Source: Myxococcota bacterium (GTDB lineage: Bacteria > Myxococcota_A > UBA9042 > PHBI01 > JBMYRH01). From it: a stretch of DNA of 64,000 bases. Below are positions 16,851-29,112 of the stretch, one piece after another (positions within the stretch are counted from its first letter, which is position 1; every line of letters begins with the position of its first letter). A program made the position numbers and the translations under genes. The stretch spans positions 23,972 through 87,971 of the forward strand of contig JBMYRH010000019.1 of assembly GCA_049602155.1 (NCBI GenBank), read 5' to 3'. The notes under the pieces are model-generated. The model did no database searches and had not been told where the DNA came from. It saw nothing but the letters and a program-made list of their open reading frames with translations.

Positions 16851-19584
16851 GCCCCCGCGTCGACCTCGAACTCTCGCCTCGGCTCGATAACTTCACGGCC
16901 GTCGCGAAGCAGGCACGCGCTGTGACAGAGGGCGGTGAGCAGGTCGTCGTCTCGGTGCCCGTGAACACGCACACCTACCGCCGGCTGCCCGACGTGGTCC
17001 GCTGGGTCGATGACAGACTGCGCGGCATCGCTGGGCTTCAATTCACCCATGAGGCTGCCGATCCGGTGAGGGGCGCCGCTGACTTTCAGGCCTGGTGGGA
17101 GGCGACACGGCACGCCTGCGAGGTCCGAGAGGTCGGCTGCCTGATCGGCGACACGCTGCCCGGCGCACCGGGCCCCGGTCTGAAGCCCATGGGGCCCAAG
17201 AGACGCCCAGAGCCCCACCCCGAATTGCTGACGACGTGGCCCTTAGCCGGGGCTGAAGAGATGGAGGACAGCATCACCGCGCTGATGGAGGGCGTCGGCA
17301 CCCTGGCGCGCTTCGTGAACCTCCCCCGGCTCACAGAGGCTCACCCGAAGATGCTGGCCTATGTGCGCCAAGATCCGCGGGACATGGCTCGGTACGAACG
17401 CCACACAGCGAGCACGCAACTTCGAACGCTGATCCACGCCCACGATGCCGTGGATCAGGCGCTCATCGACAGCCTCGCGCGCTCCTGTGAGGCCCTAGAC
17501 TCCCAAGTCGTCATCGCACGCGGACAGAATGTGGAGGCTGCGGACACCCTCGACACCTTCACAGCCCGCATCACCCTGGGTCGCGTCCAAGCTGCCGACT
17601 ACACCTCGGTGACCGAGCAAACGCTGGGCCTCTTCCCCGACGCACAACGGCACGCAGCGATGCTGGCGCTCGGCAGCGATTGGCTGCGACCCACGCCGCC
17701 CTCCACCTGGCACCCATGCCTCGGCGCAGACCTGTGGCTTGTCGATGCGCCGGGCCTAGGGCTCATCGCCGCTGGCAGCGACCCAGTGACGCTAGACCGC
17801 TTCTTCCTCGAGGCACTTGAGCTCGACGATGAGGGGTGCCCATGGATGTCCGACGCCCGTGAGGCAGAGAGCCACTGGGTAACACGAGAGGCCGTCGTTC
17901 CTGGGGGAATATTGCCCCTCGCAGCCGTCGATCGACCGCGACCCGCGCGCTCGGAGCGACCGCTGACCATCCTCGGGATCGCCTCGACGACCCTGGCGAA
18001 TCACTCCGCAGTCGTCCTCCGCGACGGCGAGATCGTCGCGGCCGTCCAAGAGGAGCGCTCGAGGCGTCGAAAGCAGCTCGGCTGGCACCCCGTCGGGGAG
18101 CCCGGCGTCACGGTGGTCAGCGACGCGACCCTGCCGCTCGAGGCCAGCTGGCCAGAGCGCGCGATTCAATCCGCGCTCGACATCGCCGGGATCACCCTCG
18201 ATGACGTTGACCACGTCGCTTACAACGGGATCCCTGCGCGCTTCTTCCCGACCTACGACCTCAGGGACCCGGACCGGCCCCCCAAGACCATCTTTGACGG
18301 GAGAGACTTCTACGTCCCCCATCACCTCGCCCACGCGGCGTCAGCCTTCAGGGTCTCCGGGATGGAAGACGCCTTCATCTTCACGGTCGACGGGCGCGGC
18401 GAACGCGAGACAGCGGGGTTCTTCGTCGTCGAGGAGGGGAAGATACGGAGGATCTTCGACGTCTTGGTCAACGAAGACAGCCTGATCGGGGGGGTCTACG
18501 AATACCTGACCACCATCCTGGGCTTTGGTCACCACGGTGCGGGCTCCACGATGGGCTTGGCGCCCTACGGTGAGGCGCGCTTCGACCTCTCACCCTGGTT
18601 GAGCGCACGGAGCCGGGACGACTACACGATCCACGACCGAGGCCTCGACGCGCCCTTCGGCCACCTGACGCGCAAACGCAACGGGGTGATGACGCAAGAT
18701 CACAAAGACCTCGCGGCGAGCGCGCAGAGGGCCCTTGAGGAGACCGTCTTGGCATTCGTGCGCGATGGCGCCGGTGGCCGACCTGTCCCCCGGCTGTGCT
18801 TGGCGGGCGGGGTGGCGCTGAATTGCTCGATGAACCAGCGGCTGCGGGTCGAGCTCGGCGTCGAAGAGATCTACGTGCAGCCTGCGGCCAATGACTCGGG
18901 CACTGCGCTTGGGGCCGCGGCCGAGGCACACTTCGAGCTGACCGGTGAGAACATCACGCCGATGCACCACGCAAAGCTCGGCCCTTGCTACTCACGGGCC
19001 GAGGTCGAGGCGGCCCTCTGCCGCTTTGGCCTCGCCTACACCACGCCAGAGGACCTCCCGGTGGAGGTCGCCAGGCGGCTCGTCGATCAACAGGTCATCG
19101 CTTGGTTTGATGGCCGGCTGGAATTCGGGCCCAGGGCCCTCGGGGGGCGGAGCATCCTCGCCGATCCGCGCACACAAGCGATGCAAGACCGAGTCAACGC
19201 GCACAAGGCCCGACAATCCTGGCGCCCCTTTGGCCCCTCGATCCTAGCCGGACATGAGGCGGACTGGTTCCTGACCCCCTTTCATAGCCCGTTCATGCTC
19301 TTCACCTTGCCCGTGAAGCCCGAGCGGCTGGATCAAATCCCCGCTGTGGCACACGTCGATGGCACCACGCGCCCTCAGTCTGTCACCCAAGCTGACAACC
19401 CGAACTACCACGCGGTCATCTCTGAGTTTCACCGCTTGACCGGCGTCCCGATGGTGCTCAACACCTCGTTTAATACAGCATTTGAGCCGATCGTGCAGAG
19501 CCCGGAGGACGCCATCTCGAGCTTCTTGCAGCTGGGCGTCGACGCCCTAGCGATCGAAGGCTACCTCGTCGAGCGACCACGCCC

Positions 19585-19588
<4 letters not shown>
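16847..19588 (+). CDS. NodU/CmcH (TobZ-like) carbamoyltransferase with ~370-aa N-terminal extension
   Basis: HHLAHAASAF, DGRGE, LAGGVALN, QPAANDSGTALGAA, EFGPRALGGRSILADP and LNTSFN. The TTG start overlaps the upstream TGA (TTGA at 16847-16850). Confidence 0.88.
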
Positions 19589-21942
<2,354 letters not shown>

Positions 21943-21990
21943 AGCTGCTTGCGCTGTCCGTGGCGAACACAGCAGTGGTAGGGTTCGCGC

Positions 21991-23004
21991 ATGAGAGCCC
22001 TCGTTTTAGCCTGCGTTTGCCTGATCATCAGCGGCTGCCCCGCCGAATCATCAACGCCCCAAGTGCCAGTGAGTCAAGGTGATGCAGCGGCCGCGTCGGC
22101 CCAACCTTGGCCACGGTTGAAGGCCATCATCATCGCGGATCTGACGGCCCCCGAGAACCGCCCCGTCGATCTTGAGGCCGAGGAAGACAAGGCTGTACGA
22201 GGCGCGCTGACGGCCCCCGGTCGCTTCCACTCCGCCCTGTCCAAAGACCCCGGCGCCTGCGCGGTAGAGGTCAAGACCTTCTACGGACTCCTCGTCAACG
22301 GAGAGCTGACCGCGAAGGCAGACCAAGGCAAGGCCAAGCTCGTCATGGAGGCCGAAGCACACTGCCCGACCCAAGGGCGCAGCGATGGCGAGGTCGAGAC
22401 CTACCGCACGACGCTCTTCCGCGAGGCCCCGTTCTCCAACGTCGACGGCGACCCGAACACGGACGGTGTCGCCGCGCTGCGTGCACTGCTCATTCCGCTG
22501 AGCGATCAGGTCGCAGCGACCCTCTATGGTCAAGTGACCGTGCGCCACGCCGAGGACGCAGCCGTCTTAGAGGCCTTGAGCACCGAGCAACCCGCAGGGG
22601 TCTTGATGGAGGCGGCGGCTGAGGCCGGTGAACGCAAGCTCCTAGGTGCGCTGGAGAGCCTGATCAGCCTCACCCGCCACGACGATGACGTCGTCGTCCT
22701 CCGAGCCGGAGCCGCGCTAGGCCTCCTAGGCGTCGCCGAGGACCGTGTGATCACAGCGCTCGCTGCGATGACGGAGGGCCCCGACCACGAGCGCCACCTC
22801 ATCGCAGTGCACGCAATGGGGGATATTGGGGGCGCCCGCGCGGCACGTTATCTGGACACGTTGGCCGTCGGGCATCCCCGACCGGCTCTGCGCGAAGCCG
22901 CGCGCCAAGCAGCCAAGCGAGCCAAAGCCCGGGCAACGAAAGCTGACACCGGAGATCGGTCGGGGCATGATGCGCCGCCTGGGACGGGAGCGGAGAGACC
23001 ATGA
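21991..23004 (+). CDS. Lipoprotein with C-terminal HEAT/PBS repeats
   Basis: Lipobox ISGC and HEAT-like repeats (AAAEAGER, AGAALGLLG, AVHAMGDIG). ATGA overlap with the next gene. Confidence 0.65.
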   Translation: MRALVLACVCLIISGCPAESSTPQVPVSQGDAAAASAQPWPRLKAIIIADLTAPENRPVDLEAEEDKAVRGALTAPGRFHSALSKDPGACAVEVKTFYGLLVNGELTAKADQGKAKLVMEAEAHCPTQGRSDGEVETYRTTLFREAPFSNVDGDPNTDGVAALRALLIPLSDQVAATLYGQVTVRHAEDAAVLEALSTEQPAGVLMEAAAEAGERKLLGALESLISLTRHDDDVVVLRAGAALGLLGVAEDRVITALAAMTEGPDHERHLIAVHAMGDIGGARAARYLDTLAVGHPRPALREAARQAAKRAKARATKADTGDRSGHDAPPGTGAERP

Positions 23005-24383
23005 TCGACGGCGTGACACGCATTCACTTAATCGGAATTGGCGGAGTCGGCGTGTCCGGCGTGGCGCGGATGCTGATGGCGATGGGCCATCAGGTCAGCG
23101 GCTCGGACGTGCGGGAATCGCAGCTGACCCTCGCCCTGCGCGCCGAGGGCGCGACGGTGCACATCGGTCACGACGCCAGCTACGTCGAAGACGCAGACCT
23201 GGTCATCTACTCGACCGCTGTCCCGGACACCAACCCAGAGCTCGCGAGAGCGAGGGAGCTCGACCTCCGAGTGGAGCATCGCGCCCAAGGGCTCGGCCAT
23301 GTGCTCGCAGCCCACGCGCAGACAGTCGGCGTGATAGGGACGCACGGCAAAGGCACGGTGTCGAGCATGCTCACGTGGATCCTTGAGAGCGCAGAGCGCC
23401 AACCGGGGTTCATCATCGGCGGACTGCTTGAGAACTTCGACAAGATCAACGCCCGATGGACGGATGGGCGCCTCGCGGTCGCCGAGGTCGACGAGTCCGA
23501 TGGATCGCTTCGTCACGTCCACCCCGACGTCGTCGTGATCAACAACCTCGAAGCCGATCACCTAAACTACTACGACGACTTGGCCCACATCCAAGACACC
23601 GTCATCGCGGCGCTCGCCGCGAACCCTCGACTGCGACACGCCGTCGTGAACCACGACGATCCGGGGGCAAGAGCCCTGATCCCGAGGCTGTCAGTCCCGG
23701 TGACGACCTTTGGCCGTGGTGAGGGCGCCGATGTCCGCGCCACAGCGGTCGAGACCTCCGCTGGCACCTCTCGCTTCACCATCGTGACCAAGGCCCAAGG
23801 CGAGCTCGGCGAGGTCACCCTTGAGGTCCCCGGGCTCTACAACCTCGACAACGCTGTCGCCGCGACCGCCGCCTCGCTGCTCCTTGATGTGCCCTTCTCT
23901 GCCATTCAGAGCGCCATGCCAGTCTTCCGTGGCTTGGAGAACCGGTTCACCGTGGTGGACGCCGCCGGCGTGCGCGTGATCAAGGACTACATCAGCCACC
24001 CGACGGGGATCCGCCGCGTACTCGAGGCTGCCAAAGCAGATGGTCGACGCATCACAGCCGTCTTTAAGCCCTACCGCTTCACGATGATCAACTACCTACA
24101 GGACGACTACGCCGAGGCGTTCCACGACGCGTCCGAGACGGTGATCACAGAGCTCTATACGGCGGGAGAGGTGCCCATCCCAGGCATCGACACCGAGTTC
24201 CTCTGCGACAAGATCCGCAGCCGAGGCCCCAAGGTCACCTACATTCAATCGATGGAAGACATCATCCCCTATCTGCACGAGGCCGCGAGCGTCGGAGAGC
24301 AGGTGATCTTCTTTGGGGGAGACGACCTCTTCCAGCTCGCAGACCGCTACGCTGATGGGCTCATCGAAGGCGCCTCGGCATGA
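23001..24383 (+). CDS. murC: UDP-N-acetylmuramate--amino acid ligase, MurC-like (divergent motifs)
   Basis: IHLIGIGGVGVSG, GSD, GTHGKGT, EVDESDGS and NLEADHL. The C-terminal motifs are altered. Confidence 0.8.
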   Translation: MIDGVTRIHLIGIGGVGVSGVARMLMAMGHQVSGSDVRESQLTLALRAEGATVHIGHDASYVEDADLVIYSTAVPDTNPELARARELDLRVEHRAQGLGHVLAAHAQTVGVIGTHGKGTVSSMLTWILESAERQPGFIIGGLLENFDKINARWTDGRLAVAEVDESDGSLRHVHPDVVVINNLEADHLNYYDDLAHIQDTVIAALAANPRLRHAVVNHDDPGARALIPRLSVPVTTFGRGEGADVRATAVETSAGTSRFTIVTKAQGELGEVTLEVPGLYNLDNAVAATAASLLLDVPFSAIQSAMPVFRGLENRFTVVDAAGVRVIKDYISHPTGIRRVLEAAKADGRRITAVFKPYRFTMINYLQDDYAEAFHDASETVITELYTAGEVPIPGIDTEFLCDKIRSRGPKVTYIQSMEDIIPYLHEAASVGEQVIFFGGDDLFQLADRYADGLIEGASA

Positions 24384-25693
24384 ACGTGAAGGGGGACCAC
24401 TTCACGGTGGTCGGCGCGGGTCGCTCCGGGCTCGCCGCCGCCAACGCGCTCGCCGCGCTGGGTGGCGACGTGCGCCTCGTCGACGGGGCCGATAAGCCTC
24501 GCCCTGACGCCCTCGATAACCGAGCTGAATACCGTGGCGGCACGAACGCAGTTCGCCCGGGGGATATCGCTGTCCTGAGCCCGGGCATCCCCGAGGTCTC
24601 TCCGGTGCGTCAAGAGGTCGCCGCCGTCGCCCGCGAGGTCATCGGCGAAGTCGAGCTCTTCGCCCGCCTCTGCCCCGCACCCATCGTGGCGATCACCGGG
24701 ACGGACGGGAAGAGCACCACGACGACCATGATCGGCGCCATCCATGAAGCCTCCGGGCGCCCCACCTTCGTCGGGGGCAACCTCGGCAACCCCCTGACCG
24801 AAGCCGTGGGGACGCTCAGCGCTGAGCACATCGTCATCGCCGAGGTGAGCGCCTTCCAGCTGACGACCTGCGATCGCTTTCACCCCGTCGTAGCCGTCGT
24901 GACGAACATCTCAGAAGATCACCTCGACTACCACGGCGGCTACGCGCCCTATCAATCCGCCAAGCAGCGGGTCTACGCCACCATGGGTGAGGGCGACGTC
25001 GTCATCTTGAACCGCGATGACGACGAGATCAGCCGGTGGTCTCTCCCCGAGGGCCCCACGCTGAAGTGGTTCTCCATCGCGGGAGCAGACGCAGACGCCA
25101 CCTACCGTGACGGCGTGCTCTACCTCGGTAGCCGACCCCTGATGACCCGTGGAGAGCTGCCGCTGCTGGGCCGACATAATGTCGCCAATGCCTTGGCGGC
25201 GGCCTTGGCCGCGGAGGCCAGCGGCGTCGAGGACGCCGTGATCAAGCAGGGCTTGATGGGCTACGCGCCTTTGCCGCACCGCCTTGAGACCGTGGCCACG
25301 CTCGACGGGGTCCGGTGGGTCAACGACAGCAAGGCCACCAACCCAAACGCTGCGGCCGCCGGGATCAGGGCGATCGAGAGCCCGCTGATCTTGCTCGCGG
25401 GGGGCTCCAGCAAAGACGCTGACTTCTCGGAGATCGGCGCGCTGATGCGCGCACACACCCGGCACGCCATCCTCTTCGGCCAGACCCGCGACCAGCTGGC
25501 GGAGGCGATCGGTGAGGGGCACCCCGTCACCCGGGTCGAGACCATGGACGAGGCGGTCGCGCTCGCGGCCGAGATGGCCGAAGACGGCGACACCGTGTTG
25601 CTTGGCCCCGCCTGCGCGTCTTACGACCAATTCCGAAGCTACGAGCACCGGGGTCAGGTCTTCTGCAGCCTGGTGAACGGGCTCCGAGCCTGA
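24380..25693 (+). CDS. murD: UDP-N-acetylmuramoyl-L-alanine--D-glutamate ligase
   Basis: GAGRSG, LSPGIP, ITGTDGKSTTT, GGNLG, EVSAFQL, DHLDYH, PHRLE, NDSKATN and PACASYDQFRSYEHRG. Confidence 0.9.
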   Translation: MNVKGDHFTVVGAGRSGLAAANALAALGGDVRLVDGADKPRPDALDNRAEYRGGTNAVRPGDIAVLSPGIPEVSPVRQEVAAVAREVIGEVELFARLCPAPIVAITGTDGKSTTTTMIGAIHEASGRPTFVGGNLGNPLTEAVGTLSAEHIVIAEVSAFQLTTCDRFHPVVAVVTNISEDHLDYHGGYAPYQSAKQRVYATMGEGDVVILNRDDDEISRWSLPEGPTLKWFSIAGADADATYRDGVLYLGSRPLMTRGELPLLGRHNVANALAAALAAEASGVEDAVIKQGLMGYAPLPHRLETVATLDGVRWVNDSKATNPNAAAAGIRAIESPLILLAGGSSKDADFSEIGALMRAHTRHAILFGQTRDQLAEAIGEGHPVTRVETMDEAVALAAEMAEDGDTVLLGPACASYDQFRSYEHRGQVFCSLVNGLRA

Positions 25694-25694
25694 G

Positions 25695-27218
25695 CTAAGC
25701 GGGCGCGTCGATGCCGAGCAGGTCGAAGACGTAAGGCTGCAGCCATGGGAACACCCCGGTGATCGCCCCGGCGTTCTGCAAGAAGCCTCGCGCGATGTCG
25801 ATGTTCTTGCCCCGCAAGACCACATCTATCCACGCCTTCATCGCTTGGTCGGCGTCATGCTGACTCAGCTCAAGGCTCACGTTGCTGTCCTGCCCCAAGC
25901 AAAGGTCGCACATCACCAAGCCGATGCCCGCCTCGGGTAACTCGTCGACCATCTGGGCCACGAGCGCGCGCGTCCCATGGATATCGCCAGACATCATGAG
26001 GGCGCGGGCGAACGTGATACCATCAGCCCCTGACGGCGGATCGCCAGCGAGCGGACGCATCAGCGCCATCGCTTCCTTAGCGTCACCATCGGCGAGCGCG
26101 AGGTCCGCCATGGCGCGGGCCGCGACGGAGATCTCGTCGTCCATCACGTTGTAGGTCATGGCCTCGATGATCAACGTGTGGGCCTCTGCGAGTTGACCCG
26201 TCGCGAGCGCGATCCGGCACATCCCCATCAACGGACGCACCGATGACAGCTGTAAGTTTCGCGTCCCAGGGTGCCCGAGCGCGCGCTGATAATCAGCCAC
26301 CGCGGACTCAAATTGACCGAGGAGTTCACGTTGATGGCCGCGCCAGTAGTGAAACGCCGCCGAGGGCAAAATTCGTGTCTCCCAGCCCTCCAACCACACC
26401 AACGTGCCCTTGGCGTCATCGGGGTAAAGCCCTAAGGCCGTGAGCACGACCAGTTCGCCTCCGTAGTGAGCATCTGCGATGACCGATGCTCCCCCCCGGT
26501 TGAGGGCGGCAGAGGCATCCTGAGCCGCCGCCATCCACAAAGCTTTGTCATGCCAATAGCGCGCCTGCTCCATGCGCTTGTAGTGACTGTAGAGGTCGTC
26601 GGGATCGTCGGCGAGGCACTGCTCCAATAGAGAGATGTCGCGTGTTCTCTTGTCTTTCGCGGACGCCACGTCGCGCACATAGCCCAGGTGATCCACGACG
26701 CCAGTCAAGGCCTCTAGGTGACGCCCTGTTCGCCCGAGGGCGTCAGACACGGACGCTGAGATGTCTTCATGAATGCGATGCACGAAGCGCACCGCTGGGT
26801 CGTTCCTCCAGACGCGAAGCAGAGGCGCCGCGTGGATGTGACCGCTGGGGTGACGGTTCTCCATCACCACCGTCGCTGCACCGGCGTTGTCCTCGGGCAG
26901 GTTCACGAGCACTTTGAGCTGAGCGTGCAGCTCGGGGCTGATGCGCTCATCGGCATCGAAGAACGCGACCCACTCCCCGGTGGCGAGCTCAAGGCCGGCG
27001 TTGCGCGCGGCCGAGAAGTCATCGTCCCACGGTCGATGCGTCACGGTAGCGCCAGCCTGTTGGAGGATCTCCACGGTCGCGTCTACGGACCCAGTATCGA
27101 CCACAACAAGCTCATCCCAGAGCCCCTCTACAGAGCGTAAAAAGTCAGGCAGCATGCCAGCTTCATCACGAACAATCATGCACAGCGAAAGACGTATATC
27201 GCGCATAGAAATCGGCAT
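25695..27218 (-). CDS. Glycosyltransferase family 2 with TPR-like C-terminus
   Basis: LSLCMIVRDE, VVDTGSVD, WDDDFSAARN, FFDADE, RIHE and HLGY, followed by a helical repeat tail. Confidence 0.85.
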   Translation of the reverse strand: MPISMRDIRLSLCMIVRDEAGMLPDFLRSVEGLWDELVVVDTGSVDATVEILQQAGATVTHRPWDDDFSAARNAGLELATGEWVAFFDADERISPELHAQLKVLVNLPEDNAGAATVVMENRHPSGHIHAAPLLRVWRNDPAVRFVHRIHEDISASVSDALGRTGRHLEALTGVVDHLGYVRDVASAKDKRTRDISLLEQCLADDPDDLYSHYKRMEQARYWHDKALWMAAAQDASAALNRGGASVIADAHYGGELVVLTALGLYPDDAKGTLVWLEGWETRILPSAAFHYWRGHQRELLGQFESAVADYQRALGHPGTRNLQLSSVRPLMGMCRIALATGQLAEAHTLIIEAMTYNVMDDEISVAARAMADLALADGDAKEAMALMRPLAGDPPSGADGITFARALMMSGDIHGTRALVAQMVDELPEAGIGLVMCDLCLGQDSNVSLELSQHDADQAMKAWIDVVLRGKNIDIARGFLQNAGAITGVFPWLQPYVFDLLGIDAPA

Positions 27219-27327
27219 CTCTCCGTCTAAAAGAGCCGGTTGACTCTCTTGAATTACGTAGCCGAATCATCCGTCAGAGCGCCGAGACGGTCCAGAAGAC
27301 CACCCCCCTGTCTCCGAGTCCTCCGTT

Positions 27328-28995
27328 CTAGGGAGGTGGAGGGGAGCAGTAGCCAGGCTCTGCATGACACTTGCTGTTGACGCACACACCATCGCACTGC
27401 GTGCTCGCGGTGCAACTCTGCCTCAAACACCCACCAGCGTCGCATCCAAAGTTCGCAGGACACTCAGTCGCATTCTGACAGCTCATCGTCGTGCAGTGAC
27501 CATCCTCTCCGCAAACCTCACCCTCCTTGCAAGAGTCTGCGGTGCACGCTGGCACACAGACCTTAGAGGGCTCGCAGAGGCAGCTCTGAGCATCCCATTC
27601 ACAGACCGACCCAGCAGCACACTCGGCGTCCTGGTCACAGGTGTCAGCCATCTCGGCGGGCATGCACATCCCGCAGCCCATGGACTGACCCGGCGCCCAG
27701 CACATCGCGAAGTTGTCTTCACATGGCGTCTCAGCCGTACAGCCACCGTCACAGACCTTGGCAGTGCACTTCGGCATACCGTTAGGCATGCACTCGCAGG
27801 TGTTGCAGTCGACCTCCCAGGTCTCCCCCTCCGGATAAAACTCTCCGTCCCACTCGCAATCGGCGGAGCACGCCATCTCGGTGCAGGCCACGCTCCCATC
27901 AGCCTCGCACGTGCAGGTGTTGCAATCGTCCGCCCAGCTCTCGCCTACAGCGTACGTCTCTTCACCGACAGTGCAGGTGATCGCGCACGCCATCTCGGTG
28001 CAGGCCACGCTCCCATCAGCCTCGCACGTGCAGGTGTTGCAATCGTCCGCCCAGCTCTCGCCTACAGCGTACGTCTCTTCACCGACAGTGCAGGTGATCG
28101 TGCACGCCATCTCGGTGCAGGCCACGCTCCCGTCATCTGTGCAGGTGCAGGTGTTGCAGTCATCGTCCCAGCTCTCACCAGCTTCATAGGTCTCTTCGCC
28201 CACCTGACAGGTGACCGGACAGGCCTCCTCGGTGCAGCTCACGGTCCCGTCGGACTGACACCCACAGGTGTTGCAGGCGACCTCCCAGCTCTCTCCCTCT
28301 GCGTAGGTTTGACCGTCGAACTCACAGGTCACGGGGCAGGCCTCGTCTGTGCAGCTGATCGCGCCCGCAGCACAGGTGCAGGTGTTGCAGTCCGCCTCCC
28401 AGCTCTCGCCGTCGGCGTAGGTCACGTCGCCCACCTGGCACGAACCCGAGCAGTCCAGCTCCGTGCAGCTCATGGCGCCGTCAGCGCAAGAGCAGGCGTT
28501 ACAGTCATCGAACCACTCGTCGCCGTCGGCGTAGGTCATGTCGCCTACCTGGCACGAACCCGAGCAGTCCATCTCCGTGCAGCTGATGGCGCCGTCGGCG
28601 CCGCAGGTGCACGTGTTGCAGTCGACCGTCCAGGTCTCACCCTCGACGTGGATCTCGCCGTTGACCTCACAGGTCGGAAAGCACGCCATCTTCGTGCAGC
28701 CGACCATCCCTTCGGTGCAGGTGCAGGTGTTGCAGTCCACGTCCCAGCTCTCGCCATCCGCATAGGTGAGCCCATCCACCTCGCAGCTCGCCGCCGAGGT
28801 GCAGTCCATCTCGGTGCAATCAAACGCGCCTGACGCATTGCATGTGCATGTATTGCAGTCGACATCATATCCCTCGCCCTGAGCGTAGGTCTGACCGTCC
28901 GCATCGCAAACGACTGCTTCCGAAGGTGAATTCGACGCGTCACACGCCATCATGGTGGCAATGAGGAGTGCCAAAGATAAGAGAGTCAATCGCAT
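27328..28995 (-). CDS. Lipoprotein with 10 pacifastin/VWC-like 6-Cys repeats
   Basis: Lipobox MMAC. Ten copies of C-x16-CNxCxC-x2-3-G-x3-CTxxxC and a Cys-rich tail. Confidence 0.8.
   Translation of the reverse strand: MRLTLLSLALLIATMMACDASNSPSEAVVCDADGQTYAQGEGYDVDCNTCTCNASGAFDCTEMDCTSAASCEVDGLTYADGESWDVDCNTCTCTEGMVGCTKMACFPTCEVNGEIHVEGETWTVDCNTCTCGADGAISCTEMDCSGSCQVGDMTYADGDEWFDDCNACSCADGAMSCTELDCSGSCQVGDVTYADGESWEADCNTCTCAAGAISCTDEACPVTCEFDGQTYAEGESWEVACNTCGCQSDGTVSCTEEACPVTCQVGEETYEAGESWDDDCNTCTCTDDGSVACTEMACTITCTVGEETYAVGESWADDCNTCTCEADGSVACTEMACAITCTVGEETYAVGESWADDCNTCTCEADGSVACTEMACSADCEWDGEFYPEGETWEVDCNTCECMPNGMPKCTAKVCDGGCTAETPCEDNFAMCWAPGQSMGCGMCMPAEMADTCDQDAECAAGSVCEWDAQSCLCEPSKVCVPACTADSCKEGEVCGEDGHCTTMSCQNATECPANFGCDAGGCLRQSCTASTQCDGVCVNSKCHAEPGYCSPPPP
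27868..28131. repeat. Near-perfect 117-bp tandem duplication (~2.3 copies)
   Basis: gcacgccatctcggtgcaggccacgctccc begins at 27868, 27985 and 28102. Protein units 8 and 9 are identical. Confidence 0.9.
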
Positions 28996-29112
28996 GCAGG
29001 GCTCCAGTGAATCGTGCCGGTCACACTATAGGTCAACCTGAACAATGAGCACGAATCTGACTCACTGCGAGGGACCTCAACCGACGTCGAGGGCCACCTG
29101 AACAAAAAAAGC

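Noticed and set aside
27868-28131. Regular repeats considered as a CRISPR array
   Set aside because: They are in-frame coding tandem repeats without unique spacers, and there are no cas genes.
27364-28833. 489-aa plus-strand ORF with repeats
   Set aside because: Antisense shadow of the pacifastin-like gene, caused by GC-rich codon bias.
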